Below are positions 25,701 to 35,200 of a stretch of DNA of 61,237 bases, piece by piece. Origin of the DNA: a virus (taxonomy: Duplodnaviria; Caudoviricetes). The position numbers were made by a program, and so were the translations under genes. The notes under the pieces are model-generated. The model worked only from the letters and a program-made list of their open reading frames with translations, was not told the origin of the DNA and ran no database searches. Within the stretch, counting starts at the first letter, position 1; every line of letters begins with the position of its first letter. The stretch is taken from IMG/VR virus record IMGVR_UViG_3300017913_000657, positions 1 to 61,237 of that record; one strand, 5' to 3'.

Positions 25701-28700
25701 TGGGCATACGCAACTGGCAGCGCAGATGAGGTTCCCTCGTGTACACTAACGACCCAGACATCATAGTTGTCATACGCTGGAATATCAAGCCTGAGTGCAA
25801 CAGGATAGTTATCGGGAAGCTGCTTGGTCTCTCCGACCAGTCCCTTCGCCAGCTTGTTGCTCGTGAGTGCCGTTGCAATCTCCAGCATTGTAGGGATTTC
25901 TGGGACCGCCCGCATTGGAACAATGGGCATCTCCCTCCGCACCATTTCGATATAGGCATCTTGCGTAATCTCTTGAGCGAGATACTGCTTGAGGGCCTCA
26001 ACAACCTTTGGATTTCTTTTTTGCCTCTGACTTTGAGGTAGAATCATCTCCTCCTTGAGCTTGTTCAGCTCATCTTGGTTGATGTTGAATCGCTCGAAGA
26101 ATGGTTCCACACCAACCCTGTCCCTGAGTTCAGGAATGATTTGCTGCGGCTTGTTGTTCGCTAGGTCAGAGACATACTTCTTGGCGTTGTCGTAGTCCGC
26201 CATGCGAATTCCCTCGCCCTTGACTCCTTCGCCCTTGACAAAGAACACAACGTCTGGCTTGTCCTTGAGCGGGGAGTCTGGGTCATTCCAACCTTGTGGT
26301 GCATACTGCTCATCGAAGTCCAGTCTCACAACAGGCTTCCACCCGTTACCGATGTAGATGTCCTCCAGCTTTGTGGCGAACGCATCGTAGAACTTGCCCC
26401 CGTTCTGCTCACGAATGCTCTGAAGCGGAATGCTGACTGCCTTGAACTCGCTGTCTGGATTCTTGAACAGGCCGCCCATGTAGCCGTTGCCGTCGACGTA
26501 AGCACCAGCCAGTCCATCCTTCGTCATGAACAGCTTACCCCCTCCGTCAACAATCTCCTGAACGTCCTCCTCACTGAGTGCAGTAACCTGAAGGGCCATC
26601 TTCATACCCTTCTCATTCATGCGTGCAATGGCTGCTGCCATAGCGTCTGCATATTGTGCTGGACTGGTGACCTCTTCGACATCTCGCAGCCTAGCTTCAA
26701 TGCCCTGCTGCTTGTTCATGTCCTCCACCTCCATGGACATCACCGCATACCCCCTCTTCTTGGCGGCTTCGGCTACGTCTTTGATTCCGGACACCTCTTG
26801 CCCTTCAGCAAGCTGCCCCGTCGTCTTCTGAATAGCGGTGACTAGGTCTTGCAGTCTGGGGTTGACGTCTTGAAGGTCCACTTCAACTCCGGGGATGGCG
26901 TTGAGAGTGGTGCCGACGAGGTTCTTGAAGCTGTTGAGCATGCCTCGCTTAACCTTGATGTCGGTTGTTCCCTCCGTCAAGTCACCGAGTGCTTCAGCAA
27001 GAAACTCTTCTGCCAGTCCCGCGTTGTCGTCGAACAATTTGCCTGCATTTCTACCCACATTTCCGTATGCGGACAGGAAGTTGTTGTACTTCACACGCAG
27101 GTCTCCCGACGTACCCTTGTACAACTCCTTTGCTAAGGCCTTGACTGCGTCAGCTCCGAGGTTCTGGAGAAGCAGGTCGTGGAAGGCCTCGTGGAAGGCC
27201 GTGTTTTCCATCGCCATCGGAGCGAAAATGTGGATGTCGCCCTGCTTGTGCCACATACCTCTAGCTGCCTCCTCTCCGGTAGCCTCTCTAAAGGACTGCG
27301 ATGTGCGGTGAATCGTAACTCCCTTGAATCCCTCTGCCTTAGACAATGCTTGGGCCACTCGGATTACGTTCTTTAGACTGCGCTTCATCTGAGCACCAGT
27401 AATGAAGCCACCAATCATGGCTTCGCCTCTGTCCACACGAACAAAGAGTGCGTCCTCGATAGCCTTGAGTACCTGAGATGCGTTATCTCCAGTCACGGTG
27501 GTAGAATCACTGCCTTCTTGGAACAGGTCTCCGTATCCGTAGAACTTGTCAATCTCTGCGATGCGACCAGAGAGTGCGCTAAACTCCTTTTGAACGTCAA
27601 GGGTATACTCCATACCCAACTCGTTCTCGATTTCGCTACGCTGCTCCATCAGCCCCATCATCTCCTGCTTGAGCTTGTCTCTAGTTTCAGGGTCTTTGGC
27701 ACGTTCGAACTGAAGGCCTGCCTTGAGGATGCTTTTTTGCAATCCGGTAAGCTGTTCCCACGCTTCGGGGTTGTTCTCTGCCAAGTCCTCGTAGAACTTG
27801 CGTCTGTTCAGCTTGCGCTGCTCTGACTTCATTACCGCGTCAGCCAGCTTCTGTCCGATTTCCTTCCGCTTCTCCAAGTCTGCTTCGGAGTCGTACTCCT
27901 TCTCCAATGCCTTGATGATAATTCTGTCCCTAACTCCGGGCAATGAGGTAGCAGCCATGGCCCCCGCATAGATGCCGCCGGGAGCTTGGGCCACCCCAGC
28001 AACTGCGCCGCCGAGGAATACACCAGCGTACATGCCGTCCTTAACAGCAGCAAGCAATTCGTTGGCGTCGTACTTCTGGTTGGGGTTGAACGCGACGTTA
28101 GTCAGGTACTGCACACCAGCAGTAACACCTTCTGTGACACCCTCCTCAAGCATGCCAAGTCCAGTGGCCTTGAGCGCACCCATAATGAACCCCTTCTTTC
28201 CTGCGTTACCCATAGCGGCAACGGCACGCATGCTGATGTTTGCAGCCACGAATGCAGGAGCACCTTCCGCGACGCCCATGATACTGGTGTACGCCGCCTT
28301 TTCTGCCCCGCTCATTTCTTGGAACCACTCCTCGTCACGAACTGCGTTATAGGATGTCCCCATACCCAGAACGGAAGAGGCGGCAAATGCACCCGTTTGC
28401 TGGGCAGTGCTGACTCGGCTTTTAATCTGGGCTGCGGTCTTACCGCCATCAAGGATTTTTCTGGCTTCTGCAATACGCGCACTTCCAGTGAGACCCCTCA
28501 GATTCCTAAGTCCTGTGATTCTTCGTGCCCGGCCCCTAGTTGCCAATCCAGCAGCAATCGCACCAGTCATCATGGGGACAGACTCCCCGCCCATTCTCAG
28601 GTAGTCATTGATGAGGTCGTCGAAATCTGCTGCGTCTTCTGCGTCACTTTGCGAACCAGTGCCAAAAAAGTTTTTGGCTATGCCGGGCATAACTCGGTCG

Positions 28701-29755
28701 GTTTTTGCTGCAATCCTTTCCAAAGGAATGGGCAGATTCTTGCTGATTTCCTCTGCAAGTCGATTGCCCTCCTCACCTGAACGAACTGCCCACTGAGTGA
28801 ACCAGTTGTCCTCTCCAAATACACTAGCTGCTGCATCACCCAAGATGAAGTCCCCGCCCGCCATGGTCTCCCTCCATGCCTTGGTAACAGAAGCACCAAA
28901 CCCCGCGCCAAAACCACGGTTCAGAACCTCCAAGCCACCGATGTACTTGTCTCCGTTTAGGTCAACGGCAATGTTGTACTGGTCAAAGAGATGCCGCTCG
29001 TAGTCAGAAACCTTTTGAGGGTCATTCTTAATGTCCTCAGGAAGAGACTCTCTTAGTGACGCGCCAGAAGTCATTGCTGCACCACCACCCAAGTCTTGAA
29101 GGGCGAGTGAAACATCGTCGCTTAGGGGTATTGGAGTTAAGATTCCTTCAGCGTCTTCGTCCTCAAAGCGGTTGCCTCTAAGGTTCTGACCAACCTCATT
29201 TGTAGTGGTGCCCAAGACAAGACGGTTAATCTCGTAGTCTGGGTCACCCTGCTCCATCAAGTAGTCGAACAGGCTTTCCTTTGCGGCCTCCTTTTCCTCC
29301 GGGGTGTTAGACCGATTATAAGAGTCAAGAAAAGGCTTATATACTGTCGCTGCGCTTGCCTCAAGATTTGCGTCGAGCTGAGGCACTTGAGAAATTGAAA
29401 GGTCTCCTACAAGACTCTCGAATTTCCCTACGTCAAACCTGTCGTAAATGGTTTGTTGGTAAGCACTGTCAAACTGAGTGGCATACGCTTGCAGGAAGTC
29501 AGCTTCATCCTGCGAAATGACCACATCATTTATCTGTGGTCTTGAGAGTAAATCCGCAAGTGAAGACCTTTGTTCTCCATCCAGAGTCGTAGACGAAACG
29601 GAGGCCGTAGAATCCGCTTCCAAAACAGATTGAAGCGGTGAAATCTCTTCTTTTTTTTTTTGAGCTAGATAATCCTGTGCGATTGTCACTAGCTCGGCGC
29701 GGTCCGCTCCGTTGGCTTTAGCTTGCCTGAGTAGTTCTTGAAGCTGTTCGTCCAT
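19760..29755 (-). CDS. Giant (3331 aa) internal virion/ejection polyvalent protein
   Basis: Follows the tail and ejection genes; hydrophobic Gly/Ala helices, HEAFH zincin motif, GNAT-like block, long helical C-terminus. Confidence 0.75.
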   Translation of the reverse strand: MDEQLQELLRQAKANGADRAELVTIAQDYLAQKKKEEISPLQSVLEADSTASVSSTTLDGEQRSSLADLLSRPQINDVVISQDEADFLQAYATQFDSAYQQTIYDRFDVGKFESLVGDLSISQVPQLDANLEASAATVYKPFLDSYNRSNTPEEKEAAKESLFDYLMEQGDPDYEINRLVLGTTTNEVGQNLRGNRFEDEDAEGILTPIPLSDDVSLALQDLGGGAAMTSGASLRESLPEDIKNDPQKVSDYERHLFDQYNIAVDLNGDKYIGGLEVLNRGFGAGFGASVTKAWRETMAGGDFILGDAAASVFGEDNWFTQWAVRSGEEGNRLAEEISKNLPIPLERIAAKTDRVMPGIAKNFFGTGSQSDAEDAADFDDLINDYLRMGGESVPMMTGAIAAGLATRGRARRITGLRNLRGLTGSARIAEARKILDGGKTAAQIKSRVSTAQQTGAFAASSVLGMGTSYNAVRDEEWFQEMSGAEKAAYTSIMGVAEGAPAFVAANISMRAVAAMGNAGKKGFIMGALKATGLGMLEEGVTEGVTAGVQYLTNVAFNPNQKYDANELLAAVKDGMYAGVFLGGAVAGVAQAPGGIYAGAMAATSLPGVRDRIIIKALEKEYDSEADLEKRKEIGQKLADAVMKSEQRKLNRRKFYEDLAENNPEAWEQLTGLQKSILKAGLQFERAKDPETRDKLKQEMMGLMEQRSEIENELGMEYTLDVQKEFSALSGRIAEIDKFYGYGDLFQEGSDSTTVTGDNASQVLKAIEDALFVRVDRGEAMIGGFITGAQMKRSLKNVIRVAQALSKAEGFKGVTIHRTSQSFREATGEEAARGMWHKQGDIHIFAPMAMENTAFHEAFHDLLLQNLGADAVKALAKELYKGTSGDLRVKYNNFLSAYGNVGRNAGKLFDDNAGLAEEFLAEALGDLTEGTTDIKVKRGMLNSFKNLVGTTLNAIPGVEVDLQDVNPRLQDLVTAIQKTTGQLAEGQEVSGIKDVAEAAKKRGYAVMSMEVEDMNKQQGIEARLRDVEEVTSPAQYADAMAAAIARMNEKGMKMALQVTALSEEDVQEIVDGGGKLFMTKDGLAGAYVDGNGYMGGLFKNPDSEFKAVSIPLQSIREQNGGKFYDAFATKLEDIYIGNGWKPVVRLDFDEQYAPQGWNDPDSPLKDKPDVVFFVKGEGVKGEGIRMADYDNAKKYVSDLANNKPQQIIPELRDRVGVEPFFERFNINQDELNKLKEEMILPQSQRQKRNPKVVEALKQYLAQEITQDAYIEMVRREMPIVPMRAVPEIPTMLEIATALTSNKLAKGLVGETKQLPDNYPVALRLDIPAYDNYDVWVVSVHEGTSSALPVAYAQTGLIKDVRFDRMADSDLNIAINIGVNLNVVKDRATGKEKVKKDSMGKTPFAKMYGSWQNHSSEDLRERAVQIMEGDQYNMSEQPTGKLEGWVQVGMNPFRHSFFYDKRDGNPVVSASEVIQVGALVLAKDVEKVLPSDERYLTIRPDGTPIKYQFAIPGQVGSNTEQTFSNKAQKFGRMSNRYAAEDEEFRKGFDKVMHNADFDEVLSGRRMITSAPDHMLVGQVMFDEEVIAEGGGGLFYPIRTGNSWAFAQKSDAEVFVRKVNALRAESPDGKVFIGLISGSDTKVLSNVTTLQAAQGLFQKLVDEKVITEAQRNRLFVDAFNDTVEKSVDKKTGKRKLGDPIPRSRSSEADYNEAISRMNSMDKTSFELRSKTMGKVFALLGKMKSVRDNPTKLEKVRAISDTPRITRGQVGSSLKYNLIKAMTEGVLQGIEKDLVYAAIEVDSDLSVDMMEGNEAFPAAVTMRDASGAKKTPVMHVFKDKPHVNEALRDKEFNLTRADFVEYALENKLYEKDDKGKVRNESQQRNAADSAWRGNLGMTQAPYGVGVGRPKAQAVAQTEAKAQGSLLRLVSQMIDAKYPSPKILKDYRKKNPVTGIEESAQLDAFVYVKKEVIKTLMEYGMNADAAEDLFQRAVAYKKGRIQGKKEGMRVAAKQALQTRKMTTVAKNLKKDLETLRDKSKTFEEFLGKAIELINERMKENSKTPFTAGQVTRLVKYVRQAHKTSGKKVKEQGLDSMQSFIDKISNIFDERDTKAAMQRYLDGIEHARKLQKRLKRMGKVRGRGQALKSTATYGKVARGLSDVNPALLPQNELEGFISTLMETVQSMSKTKVVFDKDLQQYVGVAPAKTEVSTLYNALSNYQAMEELGRQSLFMARAQRRAAKNKTDVMDEYNAIVKAYERSRLSPSRRAILDFIDSNPTLVDDEGNTVVLDSGNPAHVELITKRLAEAAADKDTLQKETIINDVLLPRIVANIDKLLEDSQIADILGIYDVSDLNFDKLRDRLARLDRHQVINLDYKLDDYIVNDSLYGIGYLHSIVKGQLDMPTKLGRLFKKGNIRVSKRVSLGLMDTLESFLRNSLITDNKTFAKLRNVLGLTGMETAFARADFIHSQIVEDLQNKIKEIEDGGGSVTTRFDRAVMQVYSMLKQMPEFQGEQRDAEALWYLEVRNAMNRTIEYYEREETFTPNEIKEFREAMDYVFGSTADLAEAVAKVESDRGDLVDMVKWFADAHAAMLPQFNNYVERYLGKQLVVEDNYTAFEVIPATGARSVDDLLSLRVKMQNELMNSSLSQSKKVAGSSFERNPRSLKGEARIGLDFLGINERTIRDNVILSNTVGDIMTMSHILNSDQLKSVMPDRLRKELERKAMQYVKQDHSQVPSIFSAETKIAGVRMPNPLNTLRMAVVLKSFGGFLLQIPKQATVLTSVAFQSKNPIQAIPYLVENVLSMAYYAVTNLRGDSKLALEDGKYKLLQNSPVFQRDYESGNIDPFTGRMDFDTMGFTKVQRFLSDVSLKALKETDKVAAIASWFTYYGDVLISSGAVDSYSDIDWDSEALEPNQEALSYANTMVAKDQAASTPRQAADIYSDGKGPKAAVAWAMRNILLPFSRHTVNKKRAVSADATKVLYGNLAEKGEASVALAGTIAEFTLFNSINAMWVNMIANFIMGDDEDEQKKVPRDNAWYQIIGQTLVDLNPLPPFAPADDLFKGFINRFVFYPMDVMNEGDFKLGEDDGYERWLRTKGGVPVFYKGAPKGYVDGLLRFAGPYGQYITDVENTLLNLKEGGNKIISPTGNDYYVRPEDKDAMMLHYMGKLMLTGGQVMGFNSKEIEVLLKELDDLPKERRLNSEEALAAYEVVAKNFGRELQEGEGVERLQKILDGTDNPFDNRRSVNSFRTSTKPLVAEMKAKEDYPDEHRTYMREVRKMMVQLKDARDYYVYMRSKRMDMEAPEYEKFAEFVDYYMAMVRPNFYVEEAYLGEKFEE

Positions 29756-29771
29756 CCTTCAAAAATAAGAA

Positions 29772-31397
29772 TTAATTACCTCCTCCAGCTTGCCTAACAA
29801 TAGACTCAAGCTCGGCTTGCTCCCTCGCGTCACTCAAGAATTGCTCACCACTTCTCTTATTCTTCGACGGAGCTTGAATTGCTCTCAGGGAAGCGATGGC
29901 TTCAACAAATTGAGGTGTGTTTTTTCCGTAGAATTCTCTCTTCAAGTCTCCTCCGCCAATATCCATAACTACACCCTCGGCAATACCCGGTCCGGTAAGA
30001 ATGTCAACACCAACGAGTTTTCCGAGTTCATCAAAGACAAGGTTCTCCAATGCCACGTTAGACTCCCCGCCCTTGTCTGCTCCTAGGTCCATCTGGAATT
30101 TGAACTCCCTTCCCCTCACAGATGCCTTCGCCTTGAAGACGTTTTCAGTAACTGTGGTCGATTCTCCTTCACCAGTTTTAGTGGTCTCAAGCGTCACCGT
30201 AGCAGGGAACAGGTCGATTGGAGTGCTTGGAGTCGCCTTGTCTAGCTGGGCTTGAAGCTGTCTCGCAAACTTCTCATCCTGTCGTCTCTCTTCTCTGTCT
30301 AGCTGCTTTCTCTTTCCAGACTGGTCAACCTTGGTGACGAGGTTAAATGCAGTTCTTGCAGACTCTTGGTAATAAGCCTTGAACGCATTCCTTGCTCTGA
30401 TATAAGCAGTAGACATGCCTCCGAATGTTTGCTTAATTTCTTCGTCAGAGATGTCAAAGACATAATTTCCCTCCTCATCAAACTTACCCTGTGTCATGCG
30501 AGTGCCGTCGGGCATGCTCTCGTAAATCGCATCTTGGGTGTACATCTCTTCAGCCGCTTGCAGGTCAGCTTCACTAAGCTGGTCCGTGGCTGGCTTATTC
30601 AACACCTTGTATCCCACAGCAGCAATGGCTTCAGTCGATTCGCCTCTACGAATGTCAACCCTAGCATCTAGGTCTTCCTGAATGTCATTGTAGATGTCAG
30701 CAACTTTGACTTCACCAGTCCCAAATCCCTTTCTGTCCGTTATCTGATACCCAGTTTCTCTGGCCTTCAGGTTGTTTGCGTAGATAGATGCTCCAATTTT
30801 TTCTGGCATATACTCCGTTCCTTCCCACGCAATACTTGGCATGAACAAGTCGTTCATGTCTGTGATGTTGCTTTGCTTCCAGTTAACGTATTCCCCGTCG
30901 ACTAGGACCATGAGCTGGTTGTCATCGCCCATCTGGTACTCAGCAACGTCGTACTCTTTGAATGCAGCAAGGTTTTCCTCTCTAGTTCCGAGCATACCCT
31001 TGACGTTACCCGTCATGATGTTGTTGCGAGTTTGGTTGTTCATCGCACTCTTGGCTGCTGCAATGTTCTTGAACTCCACGAACTCACCTTTAAGTCTCTG
31101 GTACTCAGCTACATCTGCTTGGTTACCAGTGTTGTATGCCTTTGTTGCGGCAGACTGGTATGCCTCAAGTAGTTTCTGAGCACCGTCCCTGTACTTGCCG
31201 TTCAAGCCAGCGGGTGCCGACTCTTTGAGCGCGTCAGTAAATCCAAGCTGCTGGTTCAGTCGCTGCTGCTTCTGCTCTCTCTCCTGCTGCAATGCTTGCA
31301 CAGACTTGGCGATGTCGTCACCAATGGCTGCGCCGAGGGCAGAGTAGCTTGTTCTCCCCGGCAGGTACCCAGTCTTAAATCTTTGTCCTTCAGCCAT
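29772..31397 (-). CDS. Putative internal virion (ejection) protein
   Basis: 541-aa helical protein; position upstream of the giant protein. Confidence 0.6.
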   Translation of the reverse strand: MAEGQRFKTGYLPGRTSYSALGAAIGDDIAKSVQALQQEREQKQQRLNQQLGFTDALKESAPAGLNGKYRDGAQKLLEAYQSAATKAYNTGNQADVAEYQRLKGEFVEFKNIAAAKSAMNNQTRNNIMTGNVKGMLGTREENLAAFKEYDVAEYQMGDDNQLMVLVDGEYVNWKQSNITDMNDLFMPSIAWEGTEYMPEKIGASIYANNLKARETGYQITDRKGFGTGEVKVADIYNDIQEDLDARVDIRRGESTEAIAAVGYKVLNKPATDQLSEADLQAAEEMYTQDAIYESMPDGTRMTQGKFDEEGNYVFDISDEEIKQTFGGMSTAYIRARNAFKAYYQESARTAFNLVTKVDQSGKRKQLDREERRQDEKFARQLQAQLDKATPSTPIDLFPATVTLETTKTGEGESTTVTENVFKAKASVRGREFKFQMDLGADKGGESNVALENLVFDELGKLVGVDILTGPGIAEGVVMDIGGGDLKREFYGKNTPQFVEAIASLRAIQAPSKNKRSGEQFLSDAREQAELESIVRQAGGGN

Positions 31398-31399
31398 TG

Positions 31400-32257
31400 T
31401 TAGTCTGCTTTTTCAAATCGTGTAACCAGCTTTCTGACGAACCTGTGCAAGCCAGACTTGCCCTTCTGCGACAACTCCTTTAGCTCTCTCGCGTCTTTCG
31501 GTGCGATAACGTACTCGCCGCCAGTCAGTGCAATACCCATACTCTTGCCGTCCTCGTCAACAACGTACATCTCGTTCTTGTCGTGGTCGAATTCGCCGGG
31601 AGTTTTCTGCACTTCACCCCCTTCCTCCATGAATCCGATAGCTGCTTTAGCTACACCACCAACTGCCCCGGTAATTCCCTCTCCAATTTGTTGGCGGGCT
31701 TGGGCGAGTTGAGCTTGAGCAAGGGCCTGTGCGTCGTACCCATACTCGATGTCTCTGTTAGAGCGGGCTTCGCGTAGTCCAGTCTCCCGTTCTCTTGCGC
31801 TGGCAAGGTTTGTGAGTGCTTGCGTTTGCATTTGCTGCTGAGACAGGGCCTCTTGACGCATCTGGTCTTGGGCCTGTGACTGTGCCTGCATAACTGCACC
31901 CAGTCCTCGTGCGCCATATTGTGCGGCGGCAGCGGTAGTAGAGGCGAGAGAGCGGTTGATGTCCTCCGTTCTCATCTGCACCAGTCTCTGGTCGTAGGCA
32001 TTCTTTACAGCCTCGTAGTATTCCGACGGGGTGCTCAATGAGGGCTGAGAATCCATGAGTCTCTGCAACTCTTCTTCCGCCTTGGACACGGCGGCCTTGC
32101 CTCGCCTTACCCCCTGAATTCCCTGAATGACGTCGACGACGCCACCAACGGCCTGTGCAATACCACCAGCCTGCATCCCCATTTGAGTTGCCTTGGCTTC
32201 GTACCCATCCGTCGGTGGGGTTACGGAATTCTGGATGATTTCGTCTTCTTCGCCCAT
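31400..32257 (-). CDS. Putative internal virion (ejection/pilot) protein
   Basis: Gln/Ala/Gly-rich helical protein typical of podovirus ejectosomes. Confidence 0.65.
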   Translation of the reverse strand: MGEEDEIIQNSVTPPTDGYEAKATQMGMQAGGIAQAVGGVVDVIQGIQGVRRGKAAVSKAEEELQRLMDSQPSLSTPSEYYEAVKNAYDQRLVQMRTEDINRSLASTTAAAAQYGARGLGAVMQAQSQAQDQMRQEALSQQQMQTQALTNLASARERETGLREARSNRDIEYGYDAQALAQAQLAQARQQIGEGITGAVGGVAKAAIGFMEEGGEVQKTPGEFDHDKNEMYVVDEDGKSMGIALTGGEYVIAPKDARELKELSQKGKSGLHRFVRKLVTRFEKAD

Positions 32258-32266
32258 GATTCAAAG

Positions 32267-35200
32267 TTACTCTGTTTGGTCGTTGTGGAGAGGTGAAACA
32301 GTATAGTTTGCATTAACAGCATACAGTTCCACAGGACCAGTTGACGTGTTAGTTAGTGCGATTCTCGCATGATAATCTCTTAGTTTGTCTCCGTTCACCT
32401 CATCGGTAGAGATAGCCATCAGGACGTTGCCAACGCTGATGCCGGAGACCCCGCTCAACGTAAGTACCTTACGTCCCTTGACAGAAGACACGGTGTTGCT
32501 TGTGTCGGTCTCACTATCTGAGGCCAGTACAAATACGCTGTCACCTAGTCCAAAGGGTAGATTGCTGACACGGGTAGTAAATGTGACGTCGTTGCCACTG
32601 ATAGACTCCACTTCTCCGAGCACAACCTTGTGTGACATGTTAGTCGTTGAAGATGCGGTGATGTCCCTAGGAATCACAGTGTAGTACATTCCCTCCCTCT
32701 CCTCGTACATCGCGGCAGTGATGTCCGTGGTCTGCTCGTTGTTGCTCACCACAGCGGACCAGCTTGCATTGCCCTCCAAACCCAAGGAATTGTAGACCTT
32801 GACTGAAGATGGGTTGGCACGAGAGATGACAGTAGCCTGAGAGTTGTACTGAGTGCCGTAGAAGTTGTTTCTCGTCCCGTTGTCGTTGTGCGTGTACACC
32901 TGACCGTTGTTAAAGGACAGGAACACGTTGTGTACGTTGGCATACATCTCCGGCGTAAAGCTGTATCTGGTAAGCCAGAACCCCTTTGTAGTGGAGTACG
33001 CCAAGGTATTCAGGGAAGATGCTGCATTCTGCGTGACGGTCACCGCTGGTGTGGTATCGTCAGCCACCTCGACCATAGTCGAAGGGATGTTGATGCTGAA
33101 GTCCTCTCGGTCTATATCAGCAATTCCGATGAACTTCCTGTCACTGGTAACCACATCTGCCTTGACAGTACCTGTAGAGGCGCGGTCTCCCTTGTCAATG
33201 TAGACTCCGTCTCTGTGGTTCAGCCTGTCGAGAATAACAGTAGCCATTCCCTTCTGGTTCCAGTTCATCTCGTTAGATGTAGTCGGGGTTTCCCACTTCG
33301 CTTGGTCCTTGTCCCATGTCGTGATACCCACGCTCTCGAAGACAGGTGTTGTGATACCATCGTCGTAGGTCAGGTCTCCAGCAGTAGCCGCAGGTACAAT
33401 ACCGATGACGTTCCCGTCCACCGTAATGTTGTTGGTCAGGAGCTGCAAAATGGTAAGGACTAACTCGTCGTTATCCGGGTCAATACCAGTGGGGATTCTT
33501 GGTCTGGTCTGAGTGTTGGTCGCAGCGGCGAACGTTGTCTTGAAGTAAGACGACATCTTCTCATCGCTGATGGGCTTGATGCCTTGAGATGAAAGTTCAA
33601 TGACCTTCCCTGCCTCCACATCCACGAAGTAAGTCTTTCCGAATCTGGTGGACACGGACTCAGGGTTTCGACCCGGACCAAACAATCCAGCGAAGTAAGT
33701 CTCAGTACCAAGCACGTCGGTGGACGTCACCAACTGACCTTCTCCAGCAGACTGAATCAACGTTCTTGACACAGGCTGGATGGCGCACCGCTTTTCCTGA
33801 AGTACATGGATAGACTCTCCAGCATCTCTCAGGTCAGTGACCTGACCGTACTGGGTGGAGAAGTCCTTAAACGGGAACAGAGACGGGTTGAATGAAGACA
33901 GGTTCATCCGTGACGAATCCAAAACGAATGGGTCACTGTAAGTCACGGAACTTGACCTAGTCAGCTCAGTCAGCTCAGGATTCTCAACGTGGGGGCGACC
34001 AATGTCAGTAGCCTCCGAGTCAAAGAAATCGCTGACCGACTCCGACTCAATCAAGAAGTTGATGTAAGTCTGGTCTTCAACGTCCGCTTGGTCGTGAGTG
34101 AAAGTCGTGTTACCCACTGTGTACTCAGAGATTTTCGAGACAAGCTGCTCTCTTACTCTGAGGTGACAGTCACCCTCCGTAAGAGTAATCACACCGGGGT
34201 GTAGGCTGTTGTAGCTGGTGGAGCTGCTGAGTACGTTGGCCCCCGTAAGAGTGGCGGGATTCTGCGGGACAATGACAGGATTGCTGGGGTCCACAGTGTA
34301 GATGTACCCCACGTCCTGTGGGATGACGCCACTGACAAAGACATATCCGCTAGAAGACAGACTGGCCTGCGTGACTCGGTCACCGACGTAAAGCCTCTCC
34401 GTGCTAAAGAATGCGTTGCCACGAATCGGGGTTACAGAGAAGTCTGTAATAGAAGTGTTGTCTCGGTCCCCTGCGTGAGTTCTAACTCCGTTAGCAGTTA
34501 CTACTTCCCTCTGCTCACCAATCTCGTAGTAAAGGTTATTTTCCGATACTTTGCGAGGCCTGACAATCTCAATCAGACATCTCTCGGAAAAGTAATCTGC
34601 TCCAGTAGCAATGTCGGCAGCCGTAAAGCCAGCGACTTTATCGTCTCGAATAGACAGGAACCAGCCAGTTCTTCTGTAGTTGTCTGCATTGGTAGTGTCG
34701 TCACCCGTGCTGTTCCTTCCGAGTAGGATGGGGTTGTTTTCGTCATCGTTGAAATAGTTGTATCCCGTGATTGTGAACTCATAGTACGGCCTAGATACCG
34801 CACCGTCGTTGAGGTACTCAATCACACGAAGTTTGTCACCCTCCTGATACTTGTAGTCAATCTGAGCACCCTTCAACTCCTTGTAGGAATTGTTCTTTCC
34901 CTCAAGGGGTCTCATAGAAAGGAAGATGGTTTCTGCCTCACTCGTCTTCGTGCCTGTGACCACAGACTGAGCACTGCTTCCATCACCACTCAAGATGTTG
35001 GTGAATGAAGTCTTCCTTGGTAGGGCAGCCTCGGCTACGGTAACCTGCAAGAATGACTCATAGGTTAGGTTCTTGGTGTATACTGGTGCCCAGTGTGTGG
35101 CGTATGGCGGCGGTTCGTGAAGCAGCCTCAGGTCAACTTCGGTCCTTCCGTTGTTGCCACTGTTCCTAAACCCAAACCGCTCAACGTCAACCGAACCCAG

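Noticed and set aside
19760-29755. Virion RNA polymerase
   Set aside because: No DFDID/DxDGD catalytic motif seen; DFDD, DFDE and DLNGD occur without the expected context. It cannot be fully excluded without structure prediction.
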